A stretch of 64,000 nucleotides of DNA from Phoronis australis (taxonomy: Eukaryota; Animalia; Phoronida), in assembly GCA_002633005.1 (NCBI GenBank), contig NMRA01000168.1, positions 313,129 through 377,128 of the forward strand, read 5' to 3'. Of the stretch, positions 1-13,800 are shown piece by piece (position 1 is the first letter of the stretch; every line of letters starts with the position of its first letter). Under the pieces are notes generated by a model. The model was not told where the DNA came from, ran no database searches, and saw only the letters and a list, made by a program, of their open reading frames with translations. Both the position numbers and the translations under genes were made by a program.

Positions 1-540
1 CCAATGAAAAAAACTGGCCTCAACGTGCTCATTAGTGCAAAATTTCTTCAAATTGAGTCAAAAGCAATTGCTAACATTGCCATATTTCTATTTGTCTGGT
101 GCTTTCCACATCCTTGTAAATGCTCAAAGTCTGAAAAAATAATGTTGTTGAGAAATTTGTGTGCCAAACTGAAGAATTTTCACCATAATCAGATGAAAAG
201 TATTTTGTGGGCTTGTAAAAAAATGTTGTCATCGCTTGAGACCATGCTTTGTGAATAAAGTGAATTGCCGTGACAAGAAAGCTTGTTTAGCCAGTTTTTA
301 TGCACTCATGAACTGTCTGTCGTGTACAAGAGAGAAATTTGAGTAAGGAACAAGTTCAATTTCCCAACTGCAAGTGGTCTATATCAAAAGTTGTTTCTTT
401 GACGGAAGGCTGGGTTATACAGCCACTTTAATAAACAGGTTTGACACTGAACTTGTGAATCATATCACTCTACTGTCCAGGCTCCATGGTATACACGTCC
501 ATGTAAACCATCAGTAAGAGAGTTTTACTGTCATTGACAG

Positions 541-2649
541 TGACAACTCTACCAGTAGGAGTTCTTGCAGCCTAATCTTGACGGTTGTTTTGTTTCAGAT
601 GGAGATTTAATGGACACCAACAAACTGGACAACAGACAACATGCATCTGATGATGAGTCATTCGTCACGGCAACAGACGAACTGAGCGAATCGACGAGCC
701 AGGACAACAAGGCAAAGAAACGGCGTGAGCAAAAGAGCTCTTCATCTAAGAAGTCTAACAATAATTATGAAGTAAAGCGTGATAGGTCACCAGGTTTGGC
801 TATAGTTGATGAAGATGAGACCATGAAACCTGATATGGAAATTGACTTCATGGATGAAGAATTCCCTGTCTTACCATCGCAAGATGAAGTTCTTTTATTG
901 ACACCAAGTAAACCCTCTGTCGCTAAAATGGACCAGTCTGGTGTTAACTTGTGCAATAAAAAAATGGATGTCGTCCCAGTGAGTGGCTTGGAAAGGGAGT
1001 CTGATTCATTGCTGTCACCTGGCCCCGCCTCTGCAAAGGTTGTTGACCAGTCAGCTGCATTGTTGACATCTGCTGGCGCTGTCATTTCTAAGATTCCTGA
1101 CCAATCAGCTCCTGGTGTGGCAGTGAGCTCTGGGAAAAGCAGAAAGCCAAAGAAGCTGCAGCTGGAAGAGTCCACTTTGGAGGTGACCCAGGATGTTGCA
1201 AGAATGCCTGACAGAGGAAAGATGAACATCATTGCCAGTGGTTTAAGCAAAGAACAACAGGTATTATTCCTGTGAACTAGTCCTGCTGAGGAGATTATTT
1301 TGACACATGTTAGTTGAAAACTATTCATTTCAAATCTTCAAGTAGGCAAATACTCTTTCACACTTCATGATTGTTTTACAGTGGTACTGTTTGAAATAAC
1401 GTGAACTAATCGCTGTAGTCATGAGCTTTTATTATTTATTAGTGACAAAAAAACTCATTCTCTTTTACACTACATTCATGCGGTGCTCTGTGAATTGATT
1501 TTTTGGGGGAAAATTGAGATCACATAATGTTTCCCACGATCACACTACTATCACTTGCAAGTGTCTTGCTTCTACACAACACAACTCTGTATCCTGCTTG
1601 TGGCACAGGCATCATTGGGTTATCTTCCATTTTTCATCCTTAGGGAAAATGATTTTTGCTCCAATGTGCAACTTTGATCACTAGGTTTATGGATCGCGAC
1701 GATGAATATACTTGTCAAAACATGGTGAATGGTTGTCATCGGCACTTTATAATATTCACGTACATAGTGGTGTGTTTGTCACTTTTCCAAAAAGAGAAAC
1801 TTCCCAAGTGTGTATGCAAACTTGAGGATTAGCAAATTTCATTGGAATATTTGCTGTTTGAGTCCTAATTGTGTTCTGCTACAGATCAACGTTCAGAAGG
1901 TGGCTGTTACCTATGGAGGAAGATTTTCACCCAAGTTCTCAACGACCACAACGCACGTTATTGTTAAACCAGGTACACCTATACACTTATCCTATCTGTA
2001 AGTTAATCTGCATCTCCAAAGACTGTGTTACTGTGCATTCAGAATAGAAATTCTTAGGAGAGTTGTCAATCAAAGTACTAAGTGGCACTTTGCTCTTAGT
2101 CTTTGTTTTATTTTTGAATTGGTTTCTCCGTGTGAGCTTGCACTCTGCAAGTTTCAGGTGTTTTTTACTTGTGGCATTATATTTGCTTGGAACGATTCAC
2201 CTGTGTTCTGATAGTGACTTCGCTAACTCTAATCAATTCATACCAGTAGCTTAGACTAGTTCTTTCTCTACCATAAGCAGTTGATTTCTATCAGTAGTCC
2301 TGACATATTAGTGTAATGGTTTATTTTCGTCATTACAACGCAAGTCTTTCTACAGATGCTGAGTACCCGCTGGCTTGTGAACGGACCCTCAAATACTTCC
2401 TGGGTATTGCTGGGCACTGCTGGATACTCAGTTACCAGTGGATTGCAGACTGTCTGGCTGAGAACAGTTGGTTACCTGAGGTGAGACTGTGACCTTTGAC
2501 ATTTGGCCTTTGACTACACATTTGTTATTTTCAACAAAGTGGCTGGTACATACATGGTGACTGCTCGAAGCATTAATTGCTGCCTTTTATTTAGGATGCA
2601 GTGTATGGTAATCCGACAGTACCGTTATCCTATCACGAACGTAAAAATA

Positions 2650-2692
<43 letters not shown>

Positions 2693-4420
2693 ACACACAC
2701 ACACACACACACACACAAAAACATGGCATCAATATTTTAATTACACCTGATTTACTTTCCTGTTATTCCCTTTCATTCTCGGTCATGGTGGACTTCTGCT
2801 GTGACTATGAATTCGACTTCTGCCCAGCTGTGATAATGGGGAATTTTGGGTCATTTTGTCGGAATACTTTTGTCATGTACTGTATTTACATGTATATGTC
2901 ACAATAACAAATCACTGCAATAAAAGACCGCCTGACATGAGTTGTTGCATCCTTTACTTTTTTCAGGAAAAGTATGAAATCACTGGTGATGTTGTGAATG
3001 GTGTTGACCATGAAGGGCCTCACCGGTCGAGAACTGGCAAGACCCTCATTCTGAAGGGTTTTGAAGTCTTCTGTCTTGGCAACTTCTCTGGCGTTACAAA
3101 AGGTCAGATTTTATCCTGTGTACAGAATTTTTGGGAAGGCATATGGGGTTTTTTGAAGTCTTGAGAATAATGAATTAAGTGTAACATTAATATGCAGAAT
3201 GCTAACATATGGTCTATAATGTGTGATAATGATGGACAGGCAGAGCCTAACCACAAATTAGTTTGGAATGTAAGCTTTTCTGAGAAAGAATTTTCCATCT
3301 GATTTGAGGTCAGACAATAAGAAGGCAGATTACGAGCGTTGACACATCAATTTTTTAGATGGCGGATCAGACATATCATTTACATTCTGAAATTACTGCC
3401 ATACCCCTATGAGCCACAAAAGGATGCTCTTTTGACATTGAAATTGTGCTCCTCCGTCACCCATTATCACCCAGGTGGCAGCACTGGTCATCAAGCCCTG
3501 GGATGCATTTCATAGTTGCAAGTTTAGCAAGATCATGCAGTATCACAATTGAAAACGCAAGTGTTTTGTGAGGAAGCTCGTGATTTATGTACTTGCATAC
3601 ACTAGCTAAATAGCCATAAGCGACATGATTGGCTGACAAGGCTGAAGTTTTAAGTTATGGGAGAAAGAATTAAATAATGTAAGATTTCTTGCTGCATCTC
3701 AAGAGAGTCTAGCATTACGGAACACACCTTCAGTACCTTTACTGGTTTGTCTTGCGGTGTATTGTTTTACATAATGTTATGTTACAGACGAGCTTCACAC
3801 CATGATAGAACTTTGTGGGGGATCTCCAGTGCAGGACATGTCCATGTTCTCGTATGCTTACCCCGGCCGTCAAGTGATCATCACCCAGGAGAACCTTAAA
3901 AGACCACAGACAGAGGTGTACAACAGTAAGTAAACCACTCTGTCATGTAACAACTCTGATTTAGGGAACATTGACTGTTTGAACATTTTTTCAATACCTC
4001 AGTTGTTTTTATGGAATAGCACTGCCATACCTGTACAGAATTTTCCACAGGCAAAACTGAAAAAGTTGAAAGTTATTTTGAAGTCTTTGTAATATTGATT
4101 TGTGGTACCTGTGTTTTCCCTGATCCTGTTTAGTTAGTTTTTCATTGTCAACAAAGAATGATATTGATATGTATATTATTGCCAAACAGAATTTTGCCAT
4201 TTTTCCCACTGGTTGATTTCTTTATTTTTCACAACTTTCACCTTTCCTACAATCTTAGAAAAATATATGCAAACTGCACCTTTTGCTTTCAGAGTTTTAC
4301 AAGAAATTCAAAGCTGTGACCCTTTCAAGAGACTGGCTCTTTGACAGTGTTGCCCTCTATCAACTCCAACCATGGGTATCCGAATATGTCCTTTGTTCAA
4401 TGCAGTTTGCTAAAAAGTAA
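541..4420 (+). CDS. BRCA1: BRCA1 orthologue, 3' part with tandem BRCT domains; 5' end lies outside the window. Exons approx 541-1260, 1884-1971, 2356-2480, 2967-3102, 3788-3925, 4293-4420
   Basis: Spliced translation gives IIASGLSKEQ / TTHVIVK / ACERTLKYFLGIAG / YEITGDVVNGVDHEGPHRSR / SRDWLFDSVALYQLQP, matching BRCA1 BRCT motifs (CERTLKYFLGIAG, GDVVNG..H.GP, W.LDSVALYQ). GT-AG boundaries; TAA stop at 4418-4420. Confidence 0.92.
2653..2716. repeat. (CA)n microsatellite in a BRCA1 intron
   Basis: About 32 AC units with one interruption, seen directly. Confidence 0.97.
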
Positions 4421-5189
4421 ACAACATGTATTAGAGGAAATGGTGTATTATATTGATTATAGCAAGCGGAATGTAGTAAGGTGTGAAATTTCTATAACCG
4501 ACCTGCCAGCTCATAAGCACTGACAAACAGAAAATGGCAAAAAGCTAAATTGTTAAATTTAGGATAACAAGCTTCAAGCAATCCCAGTTTGCCATCAGTA
4601 GTGTTATGTTAATAGTAATTGGTAGATGAAATAAATTGTCTTTTTAGTAATAACTTTTACATGGAACATTCATTATCTTCAAAGTTGGACAGCGTTTTAC
4701 TCAATGCTTGATCAGAATTTTACTGTGGTATTATGCGAAGTTGTACTTGCCGTGTTTGTCGTGCATGTGGGTGTATAATAAATGTATGCGTATACTTATA
4801 AAAGGTGTTTGTATTATCTCTGTATGATTAAAGAAAATTGACAAATGACTGAATATGAACAAATTGAAGATGAGCTGAGATGTTGAGCTCAATTCAAAAT
4901 TTTCAGGATCTATAAATCCACCTTCCATGACAAAAATTTACCTCGAGTTATGCCGCTTGTTCTGAAATGGGTCTTAAAAGTTCCTTAATGGTTAAACTGG
5001 AGATGATTCCTGGGCTTTGGGTTTAAAAGTATCGGTAGTTCATTATTGACAGAAACCAGACTCCATGTGTCCAGTATGGTCTTAAAAATAGGATCACAGC
5101 CCCAAAAATCGCTTTCGCATTTGATATCCAGGTTCCCAGTCACTCTCCTGGTTGCATTCACTAGTAAGACCAAGCTCAGAGGAGCAGAA

Positions 5190-5280
5190 GACACGTTTGT
5201 GCTGGATTGTCAGTCAGTAAGACAAGGATTCGAACTGGGGGTCCACCAAACTGGAGTCCGGAGCTCAAACTACTGAGTCT
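5190..5280 (-). mobile_element. Possible degenerate tRNA-derived SINE head
   Basis: Reverse strand reads a B-box-like GTTCGAATCC at about 5226-5235; no complete cloverleaf. Confidence 0.35.
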
Positions 5281-5790
5281 CGCTGTCTCCTCAAGTGTCT
5301 AGTATGATCTGTTCCTGGCAAACCAAGAACTTGCTGCCATAGGAGTAAGAAATTAATACCAATTGCATAGCAGTAGGTGATCGAAATCAAAGAGGTGGTA
5401 AAAGGGCTGTGTCCTCCCTTTGTACTCCCAACACTTAAAACAATATTTGATCTTTCCACTGTCTCGTCTCTTAATCTGTGTATTATGACAAGCGTAAATT
5501 TAAAGATTTTATTATTGTTTTTGCTTATACATACTGGTTCGTTGTGTTCTTTCGGTAAAGTGACAATTTTTTACTTTTCTTCAGTTTAACAAAGTTGACG
5601 CTCAGTCTGGTTTCTGTAGTCAGAGTCGGATGAAGGGACAGTGGGTTTGAACAGAAAAAGATGTCCTATACTTTGGAAATCATGCTTGATACTGTAAAGA
5701 TTATTTTTCGATCAATTGACTACCAGATGTAACTGAGCGGAAGAGTGGAATGTCTGGAAAACAAACAATAGCGTGACGCAATTGACGAGG

Positions 5791-8700
5791 ATGGCATTCT
5801 TGGTCTTTCAAGTTTTGGCGACAAAGCTATTCTTTGCAGCTTTAGGCCTACAAGGTTAGACTAATGTCCTTTTTAATTTCTTTCTTTCGATTTTGTATCG
5901 GGAACTGACTTGTGCGCGTTTCGTAGATTAATCGAAAAACTAGATTTGTTAAACCACAGGTTGAAATGACGATTATTCGAAAATCGTTTCGTACGATTTA
6001 ATGGTCTTAAAATAAGTCACTTGCATTTGTAGATACAGTGAGGTGCTCATTGGTTATTAAAATTCCTCGTGAAACCGTTGCGATCGTGGGCGATGGAAAT
6101 GAGGGAAAATCGGCAAACTTCACGTGCGGTTGGCAGATGGATCCTCGAGAAACGATTAGCAAACTTTGGGCGAGCATCTCGTCAACGGGAAACGGAACAG
6201 ACTATCTCATAATGGCTTCGAAATCACACGAGCGCACTGAAGTTCACGTGGGAGAGTCAAGAATAAAGGACTACGCTTTTAGTAATCAAATGTTTTGGTT
6301 TCAAATAAATAATCTAACCTTCTTGGACGAGGCGACGTATTGGTGCAACGTTTCTGCCGAGTTTGAAACTTTTGATTCCAACGGAGTAAGGCACGGAGGC
6401 TTAACAACAAATAGGGCAAAAACGAAACTCGTCGGTAAGTGATCTTGTAAGAAGCAATTAGCGTTAAGCTAGAAAGCAAGATAGCCTTTGGGAGATCTCT
6501 GTGAAGTTTACAAGTGTTGTTACTGTTAACCCGACAAAGCAGTGGAGACTGAATCACATCAAGGCGTGCTTTCAACTCAAAGATAACGGAGAAGTTAACC
6601 GAAAGATTTTCCATGCCTGCAAAACCCATGGGAAAGGAATAATTGGTAGAACACTCATAGGAAACTCATTTTGCTTCGTCCTTTCGCGAGTTAAAACGCA
6701 GTTGATTATATTTGAAACAACAATTAGCCAGAAAAAAACTTCCGTCGCCAGACTTCAGTTTGCGAGGTAGGCCTATCATAACTTGAGTAAGGTGAAAATT
6801 ACATCCTGACCGAGCACACAGAAAGATGAAAGCGCTCTTTGAGTGAGAACCAAGCAAGATTTACTAGCGCGACTATTTTTCAGTGACAACGCTGTGCCTT
6901 ATATTATGGGGCTATTCTGGAAATTGTCATCTTAATCGTTTGAATAGATCACAGGTACATAGGAACCAGATGTCTAAAAACGTACAGCTTTTGTTTTTCA
7001 AAAAAGCAGTGTTTCTCGTTTCAGTATCGTACTGTGATGTACACATGTCAGGGTCTGTGAGGTATCACTACATAGGAGTTTTTCGTAGATCTCACAAACA
7101 AATTACATGCAAGACTTCGCGCGTTCCTCTTGGCGCTGTTATTGACTTCTCCTGTAACCATGGTTATATGTGGAAGATGGGTGCTCAACACGTTAGTATT
7201 CGTTGCTTAGGAAATTCGACTCTACAAATACCCCTGCCCTGTGAACGTAAGTTAAAAAGGGTTTTCGTCGCTGAGAAAGCATGAATGATTATATGTCGAA
7301 AGAAGACGGTGGGTGCTTATGAGACGCTTATTTACAAGTGATGCTGATTATCAAACCATTCAGCTGGTTTTCTAAGCATTTTCCTTTGCATAATGGATCG
7401 TCTATTTAGACTCTATGCCACCACTTAGCTTTGGAGAACTGAGTCGACGAGGCCTATTTCGCGATTAGAAAATTTTCCTGACCACTTCGCTCGCCAGACC
7501 TTAAGTCTATTTGGTTAGTTTTTCTGGATATACTTAAAAGAAGAAATCTACACAGAAAAGCCACAAACAAAATCTGAATGCGAAGACAGGATCCACAAAG
7601 AGATTGTGAACGTACCAGCTAATGTGTTACGTAATGGTATGACTGTCATGAGAAACAGACTTGAAGTCAGTGTTCAAGCACTGGAGGAGTCTTTAAAAAT
7701 GTAATTTCAAACGCTAGGTGGATTAACTGTTACGCATTGAGCATGCTGCCAGCATTACTTTTATACTCTTGCTGTTAATGTGCCCCACACTTTTCAGACG
7801 ATGTGCTAGAAAACTGTCATTTATTAATGGCCAGAGATTAATTGAGCAGCTGCATAAATCCGCACTTTCTGTCAAAAAATCTTGATTTTGTTCATTTACT
7901 GTAATGAAATCCATCTCTTGTTCTTTACACAAATTACAAATGATTTATCCCCTTGATCAAAACTGACGGTTAGTTTTGTTGCTTCGATCTAGAGAATATC
8001 ATTATATTTTGTATCGAATTTCAATTCAGAAAATGATAAGGACACTATGGCTTTGTTTTGTAAGAGCTGGTGCGCATGCGAAGAATGTTGATGTATAATG
8101 ACTTTAAAGAAAGTGGCAAAGATAGACTGGAGATGTCTCCATATCGTATTATACAATACAACATAATACAATGTCGTGAATTGGCAGAATCGCTGAACAG
8201 TACCAAATTCAATATCGAGACTACAGTACTATATTACACAACACGGGACATATTCCGAACATAAAATACAATACCATACAACTTAAAAAATACGAAGAGA
8301 CTCATTTTTAACATAATGGAGTAAGCAACAACATTCACAACGATATAGTAAATATAGCTTGAATACGATGTGTAAATTGTTTGAACATGAACGGTGTAAG
8401 AGTTATACAGATTGATTTCATTGACTTGGAAAATAATTTGATTAAAAAACTGGGAAATAAAATGGAGTTTTGAATGTATAACAATATAAAATAGATTGAC
8501 GTAAAATTAACAAGTACCATTAACGAGATGGTGCATGCCCTCAACAACGTTAACCTGTTGCCATCTTTAACATAGTCCAATGCTGTTTTTAGTCTGTTGA
8601 AGTTGTACGTTAGAACCTGACGGCAACGACGACAATGATATGTTGTGAACGTTACACATTCATTTAGATAAATACAAGAAATGTTCACCCCCCGGCAGTT

Positions 8701-10339
8701 ACCCCGCTGGCTAATAGGCCCTCACTTTCCTTAGGACTTGTCACAAATTTTCTTTATTCAGACTGAGAGGTTAACACATTTTCCAGGTATAATGTGTAAA
8801 ATGGTGGTCCCGAAAAATCCTTCGTACAACGGGATAATTACTTCCTCGGCTAGCGCCACCAAGTTACCGACGAAATCGCCATGGTATTTGTTGAGGCATA
8901 CTGAGATAGTCTTCATGTGCAGTCCTGGGTACACGTGGCAAAACGGAAGTGTTCTGCAAGCTGTAACGTGCAACGAGGATGTCGTGAACGCACCCTTGCC
9001 TTGTATAGGTAAGCTTGCCAAGCAGCTAAAGTACTCTCAATTGTACGTGGCAAAAGCGCTGTCTTTGTTCTTTGTGATTGCAATCCTTCACTGAAAGTTT
9101 ATCCAGCGACGGATTGCTGTTTGTTTTCTGGTGTTGAATTTGAAAATTTTTATTCCATTTATGAATTCTTAGATTATGAATCACTGGCGGCTCCAGGATG
9201 TCATAAGGGGCCCCATCACAGAAAAATTGTCCGCGGCGTATACCTAAAACGGCTTGCTGACAGTGATTTTGATATATCCGTATAGGAGAGGACCCTATCG
9301 GTGATTTCAGGACTAAATGTGACTAATTTTAAATACCAAGATAAATTTTCCAGTTAATTGTTTTCACGTTATAGCATGCCTTACTGGTCATTCGTAATTC
9401 CGGCCATTTAGTTTTGATCTGAATCAAATTCTTTCCGTTTCAGAACAAATCCAGCTGACAAAAGATTTTCCATTGAAATTATCTGGTCACTCCTCCACGA
9501 CTATGGTCACAGCCGGGGTTGTTACCGTTGCGGCGAGTTTCCTGTTGGCCGCCCTTGTGGGCATCATGTTGGCCAGTAAAATGCAAGGAAAACTTGATAA
9601 GAAAAACAATCGGCAAGCGAGATTATACGGGTGCGCGGATGAAGTTTCAGAAAATTATCACAAAATTTATTTTGTAGTTTTGTTATGATTAACTTGTTCG
9701 TACCCTAAATTATATTAATTCTGACATAGGTTCAATTTAGCCAGTTTTTTGAAAAAGTGGTAGATTTAATTTGACGGCTGATGTGGAAGTCCATAATATT
9801 CGTGATTGTTATAAAAAAACCACGAACAAAGCACGAAGCTTACTATCAAAATTCTTATTCTCCTTTCAGTAAGTAGACTAGATAGACAAGAAGCATTTCA
9901 CCCTGTTTAGTTGGCTAACAAGGAAGGTTGAATTAAATGTAGATCATTTCCTCTCATAAAATCTTCTCATAATATTGCTTACCGTGATAGGATTTTATTT
10001 CTTCCGTTACCAACAAGAACTTCAAAACTTTTCTCGACTCGAGGAAACATTTCAGTGTTTACTGGGGTTGATCAACCTTAAAATTGCAAATTCGGAAATG
10101 GCGCACGTACGCATTGTTTGTGAGTTGAGTTGGTAACGGAAATGTAACCATAACAAGGTAAGGGGTAATACGAGGTCGATTTTATGAGAGTAAATGGCCT
10201 CGTTCGATTTTTGTTTATAGCCACTTAAACAGGTCGAAATGCAGCTGTTTTGATAACACCTTTAGTTTCTTGTGTATGTAACTTAATTTTCTTATTTGTT
10301 TCTAACAGGCCAGCTTACTCAAGCGAAAGTTATCTATAG
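5791..10339 (+). CDS. Type I membrane protein: signal peptide, V-type Ig domain, two CCP/sushi-like modules, TM helix, short tail. Exons approx 5791-5854, 6033-6435, 7025-7246, ~8800-9008, 9444-9630, 10309-10339
   Basis: MAFLVFQVLATKLFFAALGLQ signal exon with donor. Ig exon has C.W ... L...DEATYWC. Two exons with F.C..GY.W ... C ... P.PC. Hydrophobic VVTVAASFLLAALVGIMLA. Mostly phase-1 introns, as expected for modular exons. Exon joining is inferred. Confidence 0.7.
7390..7710 (+). pseudogene. Tc1/mariner transposase C-terminal fossil inside an intron
   Basis: (*)PLRSPDL followed after a frameshift by FFWIYLKEEIY..KPQT...ED RI..EI...RNRL, resembling the WPxRSPDL..DFFLWGYLK..VY...P.T motif; contains stop and frameshifts. 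Confidence 0.7.
9895..10050. repeat. Dispersed repeat family, with other copies at ~54500-54650 (inverted) and ~60350-60480
   Basis: Shared core ctctcataaaat..tctcataatatt...ataggattt.attt...ccaa.aagaac.tc in all three places. Confidence 0.7.
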
Positions 10340-10865
10340 AGCGGTTTCCTGGACACAATCAAGATTCAGACGGCTAGATCACAGGGACGACTCAGCTAAT
10401 TAGTGGGATACGCAGCTAATTGCTGCGAAAAGAACAATTTAAACGCTAAAACGTCAAGCTATCATCTAATTATAAGTTGGAATATTAGACTAATACATTT
10501 CTGTCCTAATCGTCATGACAATATAACCCAAATACAACACAATTTTTCCGAGGACGTGGTTTTTAACATTTAGATCTATCGCTTGCCAGTCAACAACTTG
10601 TTAAATGTCGTTCAAATGGCAAATGTAATTGAATTTTGAAATGACAAGTGAACAGCCAACATGGCTAAAAAACCAAATTTCAACTTAAAATGTCCCCTAG
10701 ATTATCAGATTTCCAAATGCTAAACGCAAAATGTCGACCCGTTAGACTTCCATCATTTTAACCTTTGTTGCGTGCGCGATATTTCATGATCGTGCCTGAT
10801 AAAACGGACATTAAAAGAACACGTCATCATAAGCCATCAACAAAGAGAGAAAGAGAGAGATCGTC

Positions 10866-13800
10866 ATGAAATTCGCAAATATTCTGACGTTTATTGCAGG
10901 TAGTGAACTTCTTTATCTTTACATTTTTGTAACAAAAGTTAATTTATTGGAGGAATCAAGTATTTTATCTGTTCATTAAATTTAGTTATTTTCCAACATT
11001 TTAATGTGAAGTTTGATGAGCTCGTCAAACCTTGAAAGGTGCTTCAATGTAATCAACTTTGTTTGTGCCTTTTTGGAACAAAAAGTAATTGCTAGGGATA
11101 ATCATGAACAGTGTCTGCTTAAGGTTAGTCAATTTAACAGAGAGATTTGGAAAACCTGCTACCGTCATCTATGACGTTTGTTTTCTTTTTTGTCTTCGTA
11201 AATTCAGCGAAAAGCAAAGTCAGAATTCAGAAACGGTAAAAGTGCGACTGCGCCGCTTTTTACTGTTAGGCCGACCCTTCAATGACACGTGGGAGCCAAA
11301 AACACAATTTCTATTCCATGCAAGGATAACATGTGTAAGTACATGTATTGTGCGAAACAGCACTGAAGATGCTAGATGATCAGGTTTAATTTGTATTTCA
11401 GTCTCGCTTTCTTATGGAAATGCAGCTGATATGGAATACTCCGAAGAGGACAAGTCGGGTAAGCGGGGCTGGTGAAATGTCAGTTTTGTTCACGTTTCAT
11501 CCAGACGATATTACGGCGTAAGCATAACGTTTATACACAACACAACACTTTACTTGCAAGTGCATGTGTCTACGCAAAGTCGCTAGAGTCATATATCCTG
11601 GTTTCGTTATACTTGCTCCCAGTTTCTTGCCGGTAACTTTAATGAAGCCACGATTTTTTGCACGTCAACACATGTTTTTGTCGCATTCGACAAGTTTGAC
11701 ACCCGGGGATCACTAATATTGACAAGGTACCCGCAGGCGTGAACCAAAAATTGTTGGTAGGCTGTACTTTTTCAGCAAGTTTTGCGGGACTCGCGCGGGG
11801 TCCAATAGGTCCCTAAATTTCCATTTCGTCCCCACAAAAGTCCCACTGTATTGGCCTCAGCCTCGCAAAAGGCGCACTGACCGTCTTCCTACAGAAAAAT
11901 CTACCCCGCAAAAGTGGTGGGAATCAACAGACCTGGCACCCGCAATACAGGACCTCTCAGCAATTTTTGGTACACGCTTGCGGGTACCTTATCAATATGA
12001 GTGATCCCCCGGGGTTTTACAGTGTCTTGCAACTAGACAAAATCCAAGTAGCAAAACATTGCTTAGCTTTTTTCTCGTATATTTCTTGATTTCTAATTTT
12101 AGTGTGTTTCCATCGGATGTGCGGCAGCAACCCAATGGGTAATCCAATGAGAGGATTCGACAAATTCGGAGCTGGGTTCTATGGAGCCCCACGGTGAGTA
12201 TTGCAGTGAAATACACGCCTTTCACGGCAATTCTCTACTTATTTCGCACAAAATGTCACTTTTCCACACTTTAGAAGTTAATTACTGCACTGCACAGATT
12301 GGAAAATTTACCTAAAATTGTTCGATGACATCTAAACAGAAGAAGCCATGCTAGTAATATACTAATTTTTTTTGTTTCTGTGGAGAAATTTAACAAAGTA
12401 AAATTTCACTTTTCGGCCATATTACATGTTAAACAAGTGAAGAATTACCGTACCACAAAAGCCACCTTTGATTTAGACTACTCACCGCTGTGAAACCGGT
12501 GTCAATTGTTCGCTTGTCAAATATGGAAGATGACTGCGGGCTTTCGAAAGAACAGCTCCCCGTTGATCCTCGAGATGAGACGCTACAAGTTGAATTGTCA
12601 CGGAGAATTATTTTAAGCGCCGAGCACGGTCTTGAATATAACAAACTGTCCGTTCTTTGCTAACCCAGGAAACACTTCCCAATGAGGAACCACCAACTGT
12701 GTAGCAGTACGTAGTCTAAATACATGAATCTGTTGTAACTAAACCCAAGTGAAGGAAGATTGGCAGGTATAGGTGGTTACCATACAAACTTTTCTTTGTA
12801 CTTCTTTCAAAAACCATGAGTTGGGTCATTTTTTCTGGAAATTCCTTCTCAGGGGAAGTGAATAACTTTTTAGTAAAGGTTGAATGAAGGTACTTTCGTT
12901 AGGGATCGTTTAAAACGTATTTTTCACGAGTTTTCGCGGTCCATGCCACTTTAACTGAGCCGTATGTAAAGATTAATTTATCTCGTTCCGAGCGGTCTCT
13001 TCTGGCTCAGCTTAGAGCAGGAAATCTTCCATTGTACTTGGAAGCTGGTCGTTATGTGAACACGCCTGTAAGTGAAAGACTTTGCTTGTGTTGTGGCTCT
13101 GGTTCTGTGGAGGATGAGCTACATTTTGTGTTTTATTGTTCTCTTTATAACTCACGGAGGTCTATTCCGTTTAATAACGTTTCACTTCAAATCCCGAACT
13201 TTGTAGATTTCAGTATTTTCCTAGGCAGTTTGCCAAATATATCAAGTCTGCTTTTGAACTTCGAAATCGACGCATTAATAGTAGGCCTACATCTGTGTTG
13301 TGTGCTTAAGTGACTAACAAGCCCAACCGGGCTGGGTACTTATCTTTCTTACGAATGTTATACCTATAACTCTTTGATTTAATTGTACTTGTCACTATAA
13401 TAAATAAATACTAATACTAATACTATAAACAGTTGTTGACGGAGCGCGGGTTTATTGGCGCTTTAATTTATTTTCCAACGGTGACCCATACATTTCAATA
13501 CAATTTGCGCAATTTATTTGCATAAATTATGACGGAATTTATGGGCTGGCCACTAAATTAATTAGTTAGTCTTCATTTAATTTGCTGATTGTTATCAAAG
13601 CGGCAAAACTATGGGCACCGCTGTCAAAAGTTCTATCGATCGCCTTATTTTCACTGCAATTAAGGTCCAAATTTGATCGGTTTTACGTTTCGTAGAGTTC
13701 GCCTTACTTTCGATCAAAGATACTCTCACATACGTTTCTGTTACCATCTTTTAGTGTTTTGAGCTCTAATCAAAACTTGTCAACCTTTGAATCATCAAAA

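Noticed and set aside
765-1328. 187-aa minus-strand ORF
   Set aside because: Antisense shadow of the BRCA1 exon.
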